Positions 24,218 to 32,704 of a DNA stretch of 32,704 nucleotides are shown in pieces. The notes under the pieces were generated by a model. It worked only from the letters and a program-made list of their open reading frames with translations. It did no database searches and was not told where the DNA came from. The DNA comes from Gammaproteobacteria bacterium (GTDB taxonomy: Bacteria; Pseudomonadota; Gammaproteobacteria; UBA9214): assembly GCA_049668345.1 (NCBI GenBank), contig JBATJF010000087.1, positions 1 through 32,704 of the forward strand. The letters are read 5' to 3'. Position 1 is the first letter of the stretch. Each line of letters starts with the position of its first letter. A program made the position numbers and the translations under genes.

Positions 24218-25206
24218 CAGCCGGGTATCCGGTAATGTGCGCCGCGCTGCCTGAAGCGCCGGCCGCTGAACAGTATTTCGTGCGGGGTCTCGCCCAGACC
24301 GAGCGCGGTGGTCATGCGTTCGATGCAGGCCAGCACCTCGTCGCGGTCCTGGCCGTGCACCATGCAGAACAGGTTGTAGCGCCAGTCGGGCAGGCGGCGC
24401 GGCCGCTGGTAGCAGAGCGTGACGCAATCCTGGTCGCCCAGTTGCCGGCCGATCCGGTCGACCTGGTCATCCGCCACATCCCACACCACCATGGCATTGG
24501 CACGGTAGCCGAGCTCGTGATGGCGCACGACCACACCCAGGCGCTTGATGATGCCGCGCTCGAGCAGGCTGCGCAGCTGCTCGATGACCCCGGCTTCGGT
24601 ACAGCCAATGCGTTCGGCGATTGCCTGGTAGGGTCGTGTTACCAGCGGCAGGCCGTCCTGGATCGCCTCGATCAGGTCCTCGGCGCTGCCAGCCAGGTCT
24701 GCCACGGGATGTGTTCCGGTGTATGCCGGGTCACGGTCAACCGTCATGTTCGCCGCACGGTCAAAGCGCAGATGGAAACCCAGGTCGATGTGATAGTCCC
24801 GGACCAGCGGCAGCGACATGACATCAAGGCCGCTCTGCTGCCGGATGGCGTTGAGGGTGGCCGCGATGGCCTCCTGATGCGGCGCCGTAAGCACGAACCA
24901 GAGGTTGAAACGATGTTCGCGCTCGTAGTTGTGGTTGACCTGGGGGAAACCGTTCACGAGCGCCGCGACCCGTTCCAGATGCGCGGCGGGTACCGCCATC
25001 GCCGCCAGGGTGCTGGCGCCGATGGTATTGGGCCGGAACACCGCTCCGACGCGGCTGACCACGCCCTGGACCTGCAGGTCGCGCAGATGGTCGAGCAGGG
25101 TGGCAGTACAGGTGTCCAGCTCCCGCGCGATATGGTCAAACGGCTGCGGCTCGAGCGGGAATTCCCTCTGGTAGTCGTTCAGCAGGCGTTGCGTCAGCGG
25201 CGTCAT
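24217..25206 (-). CDS. nirDL: NirD-NirL fusion, siroheme decarboxylase subunits
   Basis: 329 aa with two tandem AsnC/Lrp-like modules. They read LLNDYQREFPLEPQPF...FPQVNHNYEREHRFNLWFVL and LIEAIQDGLPLVTRPY...RRLPDWRYNLFCMVHG. Confidence 0.82.
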   Translation of the reverse strand: MTPLTQRLLNDYQREFPLEPQPFDHIARELDTCTATLLDHLRDLQVQGVVSRVGAVFRPNTIGASTLAAMAVPAAHLERVAALVNGFPQVNHNYEREHRFNLWFVLTAPHQEAIAATLNAIRQQSGLDVMSLPLVRDYHIDLGFHLRFDRAANMTVDRDPAYTGTHPVADLAGSAEDLIEAIQDGLPLVTRPYQAIAERIGCTEAGVIEQLRSLLERGIIKRLGVVVRHHELGYRANAMVVWDVADDQVDRIGRQLGDQDCVTLCYQRPRRLPDWRYNLFCMVHGQDRDEVLACIERMTTALGLGETPHEILFSGRRFRQRGAHYRIPG

Positions 25207-25208
25207 GG

Positions 25209-26372
25209 CTATAACCCGATGCGGTGGGCGCGGTCAGTGAAGAAAATACCGCTCGGCTTGACGGCGGGCAGCGTAGCCGTTTTCTCCAGGCTGGCGGTGT
25301 CATACACATCGATGCGGTCCTCGTCGCGCACCGACAGCCAGAGCTTCTCGCCGCGTGGTGTGAATTCCATGTGCAGGACCGCCTTGCCGGGTTTCAGGGT
25401 CTTGATGATGGCGTGCGACTCGACGTCGATGACCTGCACGGTGTCGTTGTCCGGATGGGCGAAATTGACCCACACCTGGCGGCCGTCGGGGCGGGCCATG
25501 ACGAACACCGGCTGTCCGTGTACCTCGATGGCGTCCTGCTGCTGCCAGCTGTCGGTGTCCACCACCAGCACCCGGTGCTGGCCGACGGCGGGGACGAAGG
25601 CGTGGCGTCCGGCCATGGCCCAGCCTTCGAGATGCGGCATCTTGTAGACGGGTAACTTTTCATCATGTGCCGCGTAGCCCTCGAGGATGCGGCGCACACC
25701 GCGTTCCGGATGCCACAGATCGAGCAGGGCCATGCTGTCGTCGCCGAACAGGCCGGCGATGTAGTAGCGGCCATCCGGGGTGATCAGCGCGTCGTAGGGC
25801 GCGCGCCCGATGTTCTCGAAGCGGGTCAGCTGCGGCTTGCGCGGTTCGGCCATGTCGGCGATCCAGATCTGGTCGGCGTCGTACAGGCTGAACACGAAAC
25901 GGTTGCCGGGGGCGTCGACCAGGCCGATGACCTTGGAAAATCTGCCGGGTGCGTATTCGGCAGGGATGTCGGCGACCGGCTCGAGCGTGGCGGCATCGAA
26001 GACGCGTACGCCGCCCGGTTCGTAATTCGACACGGCGACCAGGCGGCCGTCCTGCGAGATCGCGCCGCCGATGCTGTTGCCGGCCTGCAGGATACGCTTG
26101 TCGATGCGGCCGGCCAGCAGGTCGACCCGCGTGAGTCCGCCATCGCGGCCGAACACGTAGGCATAGCGGGCATCCCGCGAGAACACCACGGAGGCATGCG
26201 ACAGGTCGCCGAGGCCGTCGATCTCCGCCAGCCGGGTGTCGGTGCTGTGCTCGACCACGAGCAGCTGGCCCGTGGCGCGCTCGATGACCACACCGAGGTC
26301 GCCGGTGCCGCGCAACTCCGCGAGCAGCGGCAGGCTGAGCAGGCAGGCACAGATCAACAGCAGTGCCCTCAT
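25209..26372 (-). CDS. nirF: NirF, periplasmic d1-type beta-propeller protein required for heme d1 maturation
   Basis: 387 aa with a signal peptide (MRALLLICACLLSLPLLA) and no CxxCH. The propeller region is paralogous to the C-terminal parts of NirS and NirN. Its start overlaps the nirC stop (ATGA). Confidence 0.82.
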   Translation of the reverse strand: MRALLLICACLLSLPLLAELRGTGDLGVVIERATGQLLVVEHSTDTRLAEIDGLGDLSHASVVFSRDARYAYVFGRDGGLTRVDLLAGRIDKRILQAGNSIGGAISQDGRLVAVSNYEPGGVRVFDAATLEPVADIPAEYAPGRFSKVIGLVDAPGNRFVFSLYDADQIWIADMAEPRKPQLTRFENIGRAPYDALITPDGRYYIAGLFGDDSMALLDLWHPERGVRRILEGYAAHDEKLPVYKMPHLEGWAMAGRHAFVPAVGQHRVLVVDTDSWQQQDAIEVHGQPVFVMARPDGRQVWVNFAHPDNDTVQVIDVESHAIIKTLKPGKAVLHMEFTPRGEKLWLSVRDEDRIDVYDTASLEKTATLPAVKPSGIFFTDRAHRIGL

Positions 26373-26689
26373 GGTGTTTGTCCCGCCTGCATCAGGGTCT
26401 CCACCAGCCAGGCGATGTCGTCCTCGCCGAGCAGGGTTTTCCAGGGTGGCATGGGTGTGCCCGGGCGGCCGTCGCGGATGGTGGCGACCAGCAACTCGCG
26501 CGGTTTGCCGGCCAGCGCCTGCGCGGTCAGTGCCGGTCCCAGTCCGCCGGTCAGGCGCATGCCATGACAGGAGCCGCAGTCCTGCTGCAGCAGGTTTTGC
26601 AGTTCCTGTGCACGTTCAGCCGACAGGGGTGCGGCAGCTGCCGGCAGGCAGGGCAGGATGGTAAGCAGCAGGCAGGTTAATCTAGGCAT
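26369..26689 (-). CDS. nirC: NirC, monoheme c-type cytochrome (c55X)
   Basis: ATG 26689 is 8 nt inside the nirE 3' end. It reads MPRLTCLLLTILPCLPAAAA (signal peptide), then CGSCHG heme c motif, then PMPPW. Confidence 0.78.
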   Translation of the reverse strand: MPRLTCLLLTILPCLPAAAAPLSAERAQELQNLLQQDCGSCHGMRLTGGLGPALTAQALAGKPRELLVATIRDGRPGTPMPPWKTLLGEDDIAWLVETLMQAGQTP

Positions 26690-27461
26690 ATTGCAGCTCG
26701 GCTTCGTCCGAATCCGGCTGCGCAGCGCCCAGTTCGGCGGCCAGCGCGACCACGTCACCGATGACCAGCAGGGCGGGAGGTTGGATGCTGCCGCGGGCCG
26801 CCGTTGTCTCCAGCTGGCCGATGGTCGTAATGAAATTGCGTTGTCGCGGCGTGGTGCCGCGCTCGATGATGGCTGCCGGTGTGCTGCTGTCGCGCCCGGC
26901 GGCCAGCAGCTTGGCCACGATCAGGCCCAGGTTGGACAGGCCCATGTAGATGACCAGGGTCTGGTCACGGTCGGCCAGGGTGTGTCTGTCGATGACGAGT
27001 TCATGGTCGTCGCGGCGATGACCGGTAATGAAGCGTACGCCGCTGGCCAGTCCGCGGTGGGTCAGCGGGATGCCGGCGTAGGCCGTGCAGGCCTGGCCGG
27101 CGCTAATGCCGGGAACGACCTCGAAGTCGATGCCAGCCCGTACCAGGGCCAGTGCTTCCTCGCCGCCGCGGCCGAAGATGTACGGGTCGCCGCCCTTGAG
27201 GCGGACGATGGTCTTGCGGGCATCGGCCTGTTCGATGAGCAGGGTGTTGATTTCATCCTGGCTCAGGGTGTGGTGGCAGGTTGCCTTGCCGACGTAGATG
27301 CGGTCGGCGTGTGGCGGAATCAGTCGCTGGATTTCGCCCGATACCAGCCGGTCGTAGATGACGGTGTCGGCCTGCTGTATCAGGCGCAGGGCCTTGACGG
27401 TCAGCAGGTCGGGATCACCGGGACCGGCCCCGACGAGATAGATCCTGGCGCGTTGAGACAT
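26682..27461 (-). CDS. nirE: Uroporphyrinogen-III C-methyltransferase (SUMT; NirE/CobA)
   Basis: 259 aa. The N-terminus VYLVGAGPGDPDLLTVKALRLIQQADTVIYDRLV and the segments VVRLKGGDPYIFGRGGEE and VPGISA are classic SUMT motifs. Confidence 0.9.
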   Translation of the reverse strand: MSQRARIYLVGAGPGDPDLLTVKALRLIQQADTVIYDRLVSGEIQRLIPPHADRIYVGKATCHHTLSQDEINTLLIEQADARKTIVRLKGGDPYIFGRGGEEALALVRAGIDFEVVPGISAGQACTAYAGIPLTHRGLASGVRFITGHRRDDHELVIDRHTLADRDQTLVIYMGLSNLGLIVAKLLAAGRDSSTPAAIIERGTTPRQRNFITTIGQLETTAARGSIQPPALLVIGDVVALAAELGAAQPDSDEAELQYA

Positions 27462-27488
27462 GGTTGTCAGGCTCCTCGGGATGAGAGG

Positions 27489-27525
27489 CCGGGCATGGAA
27501 AACCGTAACGGTCTTCCATGCCCGG
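27489..27525 (-). other. Strong hairpin between nirS and nirE (partial terminator or mRNA stabiliser candidate)
   Basis: CCGGGCATGGAA (27489-27500) pairs with TTCCATGCCCGG (27514-27525). The loop contains a further ACCGT/ACGGT pairing. On the minus strand it is followed by CCTCTCATCCC (no U-tract) and then GAGGAG and the nirE ATG. Confidence 0.5.
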
Positions 27526-27533
27526 CACCATGG

Positions 27534-29312
<1,779 letters not shown>

Positions 29313-29335
29313 TCACCATTGCATGTCCGGAAATC

Positions 29336-29349
29336 CTTGATTTATATCA
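29336..29349. promoter_or_regulatory. Perfect FNR/DNR box TTGATTTATATCAA upstream of nirS, overlapping the stop codon of the nosR-like gene
   Basis: 10/10 match to TTGAT-N4-ATCAA. Its centre is 69 nt upstream of the nirS ATG. The ATCAA half contains the TGA stop (29349-29347, minus strand) of the upstream CDS. Confidence 0.8.
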
Positions 29350-30975
29350 AGGGCTGTCAGGGCGTTGATTTACTGTAGATTTCATGTTCGTTTCAGCGGT
29401 CCTGATCCTGTTCAGCGCCGCCTTGCTCTTTTCCCGCCGGATGCGTTTCTCCGACAGCGGCGGGCATTGATGATCGTCCCAGTAGGTCACCTGGCAATCC
29501 AGGCAGTAGTGACATTCGTTGGGATTGATCTCGCCGGTCGGGCGTATGGCCTGTACCTCGCACTGTCTGGCGCAGATCTGGCACGGCCGGCCGCACTCCT
29601 TGCGCCGCCGCAGCCATTGAAAGATGCGCAGCGGGGCCGGTATCGCCAGCGCGGCGCCGAGCGGGCACAGGTATTTGCAGAAAAACTTGCGATAGAAAAT
29701 CCCGATCACCAGCAGGCCAATGGCATAGGCCAGGAAAATTGCCTCCCGGTTGAAGTGCAGCACGATCGCCGTCTTGAACGGTTCCACCTCGGCGGCCCTG
29801 GCCGCATATCCGATGGACTGCAGGGACAGGCCGAACAGGGCGACGAAGATGACATATTTCACTGCCGTCAGCCGCTCGTGCACCACATCCGGGAATTCGA
29901 ATGCCGGGATCTTCAGTCGCTGGGCCAGCTGATGGATCAGTTCCTGCAATGCGCCGAAGGGACACAGCCAGCCGCAATACACGCCCCGGCCCCACAGCAG
30001 CAGCGTCAGCGCGACGAAGCCCCAGAGAATGAATATCAGCGGGTCGACCAGGAACGATTCCCACGTGAACTGGTGCAGGATGGCCGTGATGAAGGTCAGC
30101 ACATGAATGACCGACAGCTGGGCCAGGGTGTACCAGCCGATGAAGAACAGGGTGAACAGCAGGTAACCGGTGCGCACGACCCTGAGCAGTCCTGGACGGC
30201 GGGTCAGCCAGTCCTGGAACAGCAGGATCAGGGTAAGCACACCCAGTGCAAGGCACAGGACCACGATCTGCCACCAGCGCGCCTGCCAGACCGACACCCA
30301 GAAGGGCTCCGTTTTCTCGCCCAGCCACCAGGCCGGCGGCGCCGCTGCCTGTCCGGGCTGCTGCGGGCCTGCTTCGACATCCGCCGGGCCGGTGCCGGGC
30401 ACGCCGGCCACCGCCGGTATGCCGCGTGATTCGGCCACCTTCTTGATCGCCTTCATGACCGTGGCATTCATCACCATCGCGGTGATGGTGGCGCCGGAGA
30501 TGCTATCGACGGTGACATAGCCCTCGCGCTCCGCGCCGCCCAGTTTGACGCGTTCCAGCACCGACACCCCCCGGTACTGGTCGACATACTCTCTCAGGTC
30601 CTGTTCGGAAACACCCACGACAAGAATGGGCTCGGAATGCTCCAGGATATGCAGGCCGGCGATATGGCCCGTCAGGTCGAGTCCGACCAGCAGGGTGATC
30701 GGCTTCCCGGAATAGGCCGGTATCGGTGCGATATCGCTGGTACGGATGACATAAGCCAGCAGCTGTTCACCCTGATATACGGGGGCAGCCAGCGGGTCGC
30801 CGGCAAATTCACCGACCCTGTCCGCTTGCGGAAAATAGCGTTTTGCCAGATCGAACACCGGCTCGGCAGTAACCGTGCTGAACATGGCGGTCAGCAGTAC
30901 CAGCGCGGCAAGGCGGCCGAGCCAGCCGCGTCGCAGGGTGTGCGTGTTGCTGTGCCCGGTCATGCGAGACTTCAT
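29347..30975 (-). CDS. NosR/NirI-family membrane flavo-iron-sulfur protein (periplasmic FMN-binding domain, polytopic NapH-like core, C-terminal 2x[4Fe-4S])
   Basis: 542 aa.
- FMN_bind-like segment: VTVDSISGATITAMVMNATVMKAI.
- Two CxxCP membrane-proximal motifs: VYCGWLCPFGALQE and FFCKYLCPLGAAL.
- C-terminal Cys clusters: CGRPCQICARQCEVQAI and CHYCLDCQVTY.
The start is ATG 30975 or ATG 30963. Confidence 0.85.
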   Translation of the reverse strand: MKSRMTGHSNTHTLRRGWLGRLAALVLLTAMFSTVTAEPVFDLAKRYFPQADRVGEFAGDPLAAPVYQGEQLLAYVIRTSDIAPIPAYSGKPITLLVGLDLTGHIAGLHILEHSEPILVVGVSEQDLREYVDQYRGVSVLERVKLGGAEREGYVTVDSISGATITAMVMNATVMKAIKKVAESRGIPAVAGVPGTGPADVEAGPQQPGQAAAPPAWWLGEKTEPFWVSVWQARWWQIVVLCLALGVLTLILLFQDWLTRRPGLLRVVRTGYLLFTLFFIGWYTLAQLSVIHVLTFITAILHQFTWESFLVDPLIFILWGFVALTLLLWGRGVYCGWLCPFGALQELIHQLAQRLKIPAFEFPDVVHERLTAVKYVIFVALFGLSLQSIGYAARAAEVEPFKTAIVLHFNREAIFLAYAIGLLVIGIFYRKFFCKYLCPLGAALAIPAPLRIFQWLRRRKECGRPCQICARQCEVQAIRPTGEINPNECHYCLDCQVTYWDDHQCPPLSEKRIRREKSKAALNRIRTAETNMKSTVNQRPDSP

Positions 30976-30981
30976 GCACGC

Positions 30982-31022
30982 ATTATCGGTGCCTGCCGGC
31001 GCCGGGCCTTGATCTTCATCAA
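30982..31022 (-). promoter_or_regulatory. FNR/DNR-dependent promoter of the nosR-like gene: perfect box TTGATCTTCATCAA (31009-31022) plus GATAAT -10 (30987-30982)
   Basis: 10/10 box. The -10-like GATAAT is centred 31 nt downstream of the box centre (class II geometry). Only 6 nt separate the -10 from ATG 30975. Confidence 0.7.
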
Positions 31023-31114
31023 TGCAGTATCACCGGGACCGGCAGCCGCCAGGTATGATGTGCGTGTATATCCGGGATGCAGCCGGGCTTGACGCGTGGC
31101 TGCCGGCGCCGGGC
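30993..31114. repeat. Two exact copies of CTGCCGGCGCCGGGC (30993-31007 and 31100-31114), each containing the palindrome CCGGCGCCGG, flanking the nosR-like promoter
   Basis: Exact 15-nt direct repeat spaced 107 bp apart, read directly from the sequence. The proximal copy lies between the FNR box and the -10 element. Confidence 0.6.
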
Positions 31115-31264
31115 GCGTGCAGCCAAGCCGCGGCGTTCAGGGCAGCGGCCTGCGGGTGAACGGATCATGGCCAGGGGAATCAGCGGCAGGGCCAATCAGT
31201 GCTGTGGACAACTGTCCGGACCGACAGGCCGGGTCTGGCGGCTGCCAATGTGCGCAGCCGGGCG

Positions 31265-32167
31265 TCACAGGTCTGCCGCCGGGACCAGGCTGGACTCGAG
31301 CCGGCGCCGGTATTTGCCGGGCTTGAGATGATACAGTGTGCGGGCAATGCGCATGGCCTTCGACAGGAGAGCAATCCGGCGACTCTCGATCAGGGCGTGC
31401 AGCAGTTCGCGGCGCACCCGGTCCGGGCACAGGTCCGGATGTGTTGCGAGTGTCTCTTCCAGCACGGCCAGGTCATGATCCTTGCCCAGGGTGTCCTCGA
31501 GCCGGTGAAAATCGTTGATCGCGGATTTCAGTTCGGCCCCGTTCCACGCGTCCAGCATATGCAGCTGGTAGTACTGATACTTCGCCTGCCTGCGCAGGGC
31601 ATGTCCATTGCCGGTGTCGGGTGATGCCTCCATTCGGGCGAGCGCGCGCCGGCCACGCCGGTAGCAGTCCGCAATGCCGGCAAGCATGTTCCTGCTGTCG
31701 ATGCGTCCGAAATCCGTTTGACCGGCCACCGCCAGGATCTCCGCCAGCTGTGTCTGCAGGGTCGCCGGATCCGGTGCGACGGCCGCGGCACCGGCATGTT
31801 TTACCGGGTTGTGGCGCAGGGCCTCGTGCACCGCTGCCAGGGCCTGTTCATGGAGCACGGGTGCGAAGTGACGGTCGATGTGTTCGAGGGTATCGAGCAT
31901 CACCTTCCTGTCACGCAGCGAGGCAAGCTGGCGGGCGAAATCACGAATGTTCCCGTTCAGGATGCGGAAACTGTCGTCTTCCAGTGCCGGCCGTATCATT
32001 CTCAGCAAGGCACGCAGCTTTTTGCATGTCTTGCGCATTTCATGGATATTGCTGTCGGATATGGCCGACGGGGCAATCAGGCGCTCGCCGATACCGCCCA
32101 GCAGGCCTGTCAGGATGCGGCGGGAGCCGGTGGCTGGCGATTCGATGGAAGGGCTATGGTATTGCAT
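31265..32167 (-). CDS. CHAD-domain protein
   Basis: 300 aa and all-helical. CHAD-type conserved His/Arg helices are present (IHEMRKTCKKLRALLRM, FARQLASLRDRKV, GHALRRQAKYQYYQL, LEDTLGKDHDLAVL). Confidence 0.75.
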   Translation of the reverse strand: MQYHSPSIESPATGSRRILTGLLGGIGERLIAPSAISDSNIHEMRKTCKKLRALLRMIRPALEDDSFRILNGNIRDFARQLASLRDRKVMLDTLEHIDRHFAPVLHEQALAAVHEALRHNPVKHAGAAAVAPDPATLQTQLAEILAVAGQTDFGRIDSRNMLAGIADCYRRGRRALARMEASPDTGNGHALRRQAKYQYYQLHMLDAWNGAELKSAINDFHRLEDTLGKDHDLAVLEETLATHPDLCPDRVRRELLHALIESRRIALLSKAMRIARTLYHLKPGKYRRRLESSLVPAADL

Positions 32168-32362
32168 GATTTTTCATCCAGTATCCCATTTGACATAATA
32201 ATGGCATGGCAAGGCACCTTTTTTGCTGAAAATCAATAAATGTGCGGTGAAGGGACGATATAGCGCTTTTTTGGCCGGTCTATCGCGCTTCTGCCGGGTG
32301 CAGCGGCCTGTGGATCGGCGATTGCGGTGCGCCAGTGCGCGGTTACACGAACGGAGGAATCG

Positions 32363-32704
32363 ATGGCCAAGAACATGAAGGAACAACGCAGGAAGAAAGC
32401 GAAAACCATGGCGCAGTCGGCCGACCGGCACAAATTGTACGAACAGTCGGTTCAGGATCCGGCGCTGGAGTGCAAATTCATCCGCAAGACCTTTCGCAAG
32501 CTGCGCAACCGGCCACCCCGTTTGCTCAGGGAGGACTTCTGCGGCACCGCCGCGGTCTGCTGCGAGTGGGCCCGGCACAGTGACAAGAACACCGCCATCG
32601 GCGTGGATATCGACGCGGACGTGCTGGAGTGGGGCCGCCAGCACAACCTGTCGCGGCTCAAGCCGGATGACCGCATGCGGGTGCGGCTGATGCAGGAAGA
32701 TGTC
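32363..32704 (+). CDS. Class I SAM-dependent methyltransferase-like protein, N-terminal part (continues beyond the right edge)
   Basis: Absent from the ORF track because it has no stop in the window. GGAGG at 32353-32357 sits 5 nt before ATG 32363. It reads MAKNMKEQRRKKAKTMAQSADRHKLYEQSVQDPALECKFIRKTFRKLRNRPPRLLREDFCGTAAVCCEWARHSDKNTAIGVDIDADVLEWGRQHN. The segment FCGTA...AIGVDID resembles methyltransferase motif I and post-I. ORF 32174-32644 (minus) is its antisense shadow. Confidence 0.7.
   Translation, partial: MAKNMKEQRRKKAKTMAQSADRHKLYEQSVQDPALECKFIRKTFRKLRNRPPRLLREDFCGTAAVCCEWARHSDKNTAIGVDIDADVLEWGRQHNLSRLKPDDRMRVRLMQEDV

Noticed and set aside
29365-30429. 354-aa plus-strand ORF and 311-aa alternative minus-frame ORF (29393-30328) inside the nosR-like gene
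   Set aside because: These are shadow or alternative frames of a CDS with clear FMN-binding, CxxCP and 4Fe-4S motifs. Their translations are Arg/Pro/Gly/Ala-rich and non-protein-like.
32174-32644. 156-aa minus-strand ORF at the right end
   Set aside because: It is antisense to an open plus-strand frame with a strong RBS and a methyltransferase-like sequence. Its translation is Arg/Leu/Ala-rich with no motifs.

Overview
GC-rich, proteobacterial-type chromosomal segment dominated by a denitrification and respiratory island.

Left to right:
- The 5' part of a membrane GAF-PAS-PAS sensor (minus strand, cut by the window edge).
- An AT-richer non-coding stretch, a STAS-domain protein and tRNA-Val(CAC).
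- A DNR/NnrR-like Crp/Fnr regulator and heme A synthase ctaA.
- A plus-strand operon headed by a very divergent heme-copper-oxidase (HCO) subunit-I-like protein that lacks the His-His CuB pair. It also carries SCO1/SenC and lipoproteins.
- A hemerythrin and a SirB-like/lipoprotein pair.
- A long minus-strand operon behind an FNR/DNR box: small TM subunit, CuA subunit II, Tyr-less B-type HCO subunit I, heme O synthase, a second SCO1/SenC, a cytochrome b-2x[4Fe-4S]-MvhD fusion and an unknown membrane protein.
- A ~700-bp ORF-poor spacer and a cytoplasmic Cache/PDC-like protein.
- A complete nirS-nirE-nirC-nirF-nirDL-nirG-nirH-nirJ-(REP cluster)-nirN operon for cytochrome cd1 nitrite reductase and heme d1 biosynthesis, preceded by a NosR/NirI-family gene. 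Both nirS and the nosR-like gene have perfect TTGAT-N4-ATCAA boxes.
- At the right edge, a CHAD-domain protein and the 5' part of a SAM-methyltransferase-like gene.

No norCB/norZ-type NO reductase is visible in the window. The Tyr-less, CuA-containing HCO operon is the best candidate for the NO-reducing step. With its unusual cytochrome b-FeS-MvhD partner it is the most interesting system here.

No CRISPR array, rRNA or intact mobile element was seen. All functional calls rest on motifs read by eye from the translations; no database search was possible.
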